From: Gammaproteobacteria bacterium
GTDB lineage: Bacteria > Pseudomonadota > Gammaproteobacteria > SG8-11
DNA: 64,000 bases
NCBI GenBank assembly: GCA_031363085.1
Contig: JANLTU010000004.1
Coordinates: 3,055-67,054, forward strand
Direction of reading: 5' to 3'
Under the pieces are notes generated by a model. It was not told the origin of the DNA. It made no database searches and worked only from the letters and a program-made list of their open reading frames with translations. This document shows positions 61,890-64,000 of this stretch, piece after piece (the stretch's first letter is position 1; each line of letters begins with the position of its first letter). Made by a program: the position numbers and the translations under genes.

Positions 61890-62420
61890 ATGAAGCTTGC
61901 TTTACAGATCACCGCTCGCGATATGCCCTTAACCGACGCGATTGAAACCGCGCTTCACGCCAAGGCTGAAAAGCTCACGCAATTCTTCGACCGCATTGTC
62001 AGTTGCCGCGTGGTAATTCACGCCCCGCATCGCCATCAACACAAAGGCAAGGCTTACCACGTCGACATCGACATTCACGTGCCGGGCGCGGAACTGATCG
62101 TAAAACGCGAACCGCACGTGGATTTATACGTCGCGATCCGCGATGCCTTCGACGCGGCGCGGCGGCAATTGCAGAGTTATGCACGCCGCCAGCGCAATGA
62201 AGTCAAGACCCACGATATCGATGTGCCGGCCCGTGTCAGCCAACTGTTCGAACACGCGGGCTATGGCTTCATCACCACGCTGGACGGGCGCGAAATTTAT
62301 TTCCACGAAAACAGCGTCACCCACGGTAACTTCAAGCACCTGCGCGTCGGCGCCCAGGTGCACTACGCGGAGGCGCAAGGAGAGCAAGGCCCGCAAGCAA
62401 GTGCATTATCCACGCGGTAG
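61890..62420 (+). CDS. Ribosome hibernation/HPF-RaiA domain fused to a C-terminal cold-shock (CSD, OB-fold) domain
   Basis: Start ATG 61890 after a GGAGGA RBS. The N-terminal ~105 aa match the HPF/YfiA family (MKLALQITARDMPLTDAIETALHAKAEKLTQFFDRI...). The C-terminal ~65 aa align with CspA (GYGFITTLDGREIYFHENSV..G.K.L.VGAQVHYAEAQGEQGPQA against CspA [45 protein letters not shown]), including the RNP1 and RNP2 motifs. Confidence 0.7.
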   Translation: MKLALQITARDMPLTDAIETALHAKAEKLTQFFDRIVSCRVVIHAPHRHQHKGKAYHVDIDIHVPGAELIVKREPHVDLYVAIRDAFDAARRQLQSYARRQRNEVKTHDIDVPARVSQLFEHAGYGFITTLDGREIYFHENSVTHGNFKHLRVGAQVHYAEAQGEQGPQASALSTR

Positions 62421-62459
62421 TCAACATGGGGCGCGCGCGCCGCAGCGCACGCCCCACTT

Positions 62460-63281
62460 CTAGTGTGTAGCCATCCTTGAAAAAATCATTTTTCTGCTTG
62501 AGCCAGACTCGAAACAGAGGGCGGTTTCAAGTCCCAAGTGCAAAAAGTGCAGCGTGATGCTGCTTAAAGTTGAAAGCGTCAGGTGTAAACAGCTCGGCAG
62601 GACACTTTTATTCCAGCCGCGCTGGTTTTGCGCGGGGTACGGGACCAACGTGCCCACGGAGGAACGGTTGTACGCCCCCTTGATGAGATCGCCCTCCCAG
62701 TGTCCCGGGACCAACCATTCTTCGACTTCAGGCGGGCGGTCATGAATGCTGACCCTGTCCGGGATCTTCCCGCGCCGGTCTTCGCCGCGTGCACGCGGAC
62801 GGCGTTTGGCGTGACCGAAGCGCAGCCCGCCGATGACTGTCGTACGCAGCTCGCCACGCGGCATGGCGTAGATGGCGGTGTAGAGGGTTGCGTGAGAAAC
62901 CTGCAACGAAGGCGTGTCAGGATGCACGCTGGCCCGTGTGCCAGCAACCTGCTCGGGCGAGTAGCCCGCCTGCAGATAGTGAACAACCTGCCCCCACAAT
63001 GCGGTTCCCGGCTGCAGGCGCTTCTCAACTCGCGGTTTGACCGTGTAGGCGTGCGCGCGCTGATGCGCCGCTTCGGCGCCGTAGCCGCCCGACACCGCAG
63101 GCCGTCCAGAACCACGACACCTGTTCGGTCCAGTCCAACCGTTTCGACGCAGCTCGCGAGAAAGCGTCGCGGGCGAACGATTCAAACCAACCGCAATCGC
63201 CGCTGACTTCTCTCCCATCGCAAGCCGCGTTTGAAGCATCGTCCGTTCTTCAATAGTCAAGTGCTTGTAGTTTCTTCCCAT
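62460..63281 (-). pseudogene. IS30-family transposase, truncated: N-terminal HTH and the beginning of the DDE domain only
   Basis: The first ~190 aa match IS30 transposases (MGRNYKHLTIEERTMLQ...LNRSPATLSRELRRN...HWEGDLIKG). Similarity stops near 62700. The rest of the ORF is read-through with no DDE catalytic core and no inverted repeats. Confidence 0.7.
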
Positions 63282-63394
63282 GCAACATTTTCTCCCAAAA
63301 ATGTTGCTCTTGGGTTTTGAGCGCGCCCTTCATTTTACTGCAATGATGGCGTCCACTTTTTCCAGCCTACCTCAAGTCAAGCCACGCCGGATTA

Positions 63395-64000
63395 TCAGGA
63401 CACGCGCGCTTCCGACCACGCGCGTGCAATGTAGGCTTTGAGGTATTCGGTTTCGGGGATTGCCGGGTGCACCGGGTGGTCCGGGCCGTGGTGGCATTGT
63501 TCGAGAATTTGCAGTTCGCGTTCGCAGTGGCGGCCGGCGGTGTGGATCACCTCCATTAATTCGCTGCGCGGCAGGTGGTACGAGCACGAGCATGAAATCA
63601 AAATGCCGTTGTCGGCCACCAAATGCAGCGCCAGTTGGTTGAGGTGGTGATAGGCGGCGATGCCCTCTTTCAGGTCTTTTTTGCGCTTGATCAGCGCCGG
63701 CGGATCGATGATGACCACGTCGAAGGTTTCGTGCTCGGCGCGCAGGGTTTTTAGCATGTCGAAGGCATCGCCGGCAGCGACGCCGACGCGACGCTCCACG
63801 CCATTGAGTTGCGCATTGGTCAGCACCTGATCGAGTGCGGCCTGCGAGCTGTCGACACACACTACTTGTTTGGCGCCGGCCAGCGCGGCTTGCACGCCCC
63901 AGGCGCCGACATAGCTGAACACATCCAGCACGCGCTGATCGCGCACGTACGCACGCATGCGCGCGCGGTTGGCGCGCTGGTCGTAAAACCAACCGGTTTT
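63395..64000 (-). CDS. Class I SAM-dependent rRNA (cytosine-C5) methyltransferase, RlmI/RlmK-like. C-terminal part only; the N-terminus lies beyond the window end.
   Basis: MTase core motifs (VLDVFSYVGAWG, VCVDSS, IIDPP). The frame stays open to coordinate 64000, and the ATG at 63958 is internal. Confidence 0.75.
   Translation of the reverse strand, partial: KTGWFYDQRANRARMRAYVRDQRVLDVFSYVGAWGVQAALAGAKQVVCVDSSQAALDQVLTNAQLNGVERRVGVAAGDAFDMLKTLRAEHETFDVVIIDPPALIKRKKDLKEGIAAYHHLNQLALHLVADNGILISCSCSYHLPRSELMEVIHTAGRHCERELQILEQCHHGPDHPVHPAIPETEYLKAYIARAWSEARVS

Overview
This is a roughly 64 kb chromosomal segment from a GC-rich (about 60 % by eye) proteobacterium, gene-dense and mostly housekeeping. 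Most calls rest on recognising conserved protein families in the ORF translations; no searches were run.

Main blocks, in order:
- A TetR regulator paired with an RND/MMPL exporter (truncated at the window start).
- lgt, thyA and folA (stop and start fused as TAATG), then apaH, dtd, a proline iminopeptidase and typA/bipA.
- An orphan ModA-like binding protein, a secreted DsrE-like protein, metH and a rhodanese.
- A REP-associated tyrosine transposase (RAYT) with a perfect 15-bp-stem palindrome beside it.
- A beta/gamma-proteobacterial conserved block on the minus strand: lpxL-family acyltransferase, Sel1 protein, trkH, trkA, ntrX, ntrY, DUF4390, rsmB, fmt, def.
- LysM protein, xthA, YgiM-like SH3 anchor protein, prlC, srkA.
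- A split class II (B12-dependent) ribonucleotide reductase, nrdJa and nrdJb, with two NrdR-box-like palindromes upstream; then a sigma32-type promoter with hsp20 and degP/mucD.
- A sulfur/molybdenum module: a 644-aa di-heme lipoprotein divergent from soeABC (cytoplasm-facing sulfite:quinone oxidoreductase type), sorAB (periplasmic sulfite dehydrogenase type) and moaA.
- Lower-GC accessory-looking genes: dienelactone hydrolase, a binding-protein plus GAF hybrid histidine kinase pair, glgP-family phosphorylase, an outer-membrane barrel, a PilZ protein, a YqgE/AlgH protein, a small membrane protein, and an HPF/RaiA protein fused to a cold-shock domain.
- A truncated IS30 transposase and a partial rlmI-like methyltransferase at the window end.

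No rRNA, tRNA or CRISPR was seen. The most interesting items are the soeABC–sorAB–moaA arrangement with its divergent di-heme lipoprotein, the HPF–cold-shock-domain fusion, a 125-nt long-stem palindrome at 18538..18662, and the candidate NrdR and TetR operator sites.
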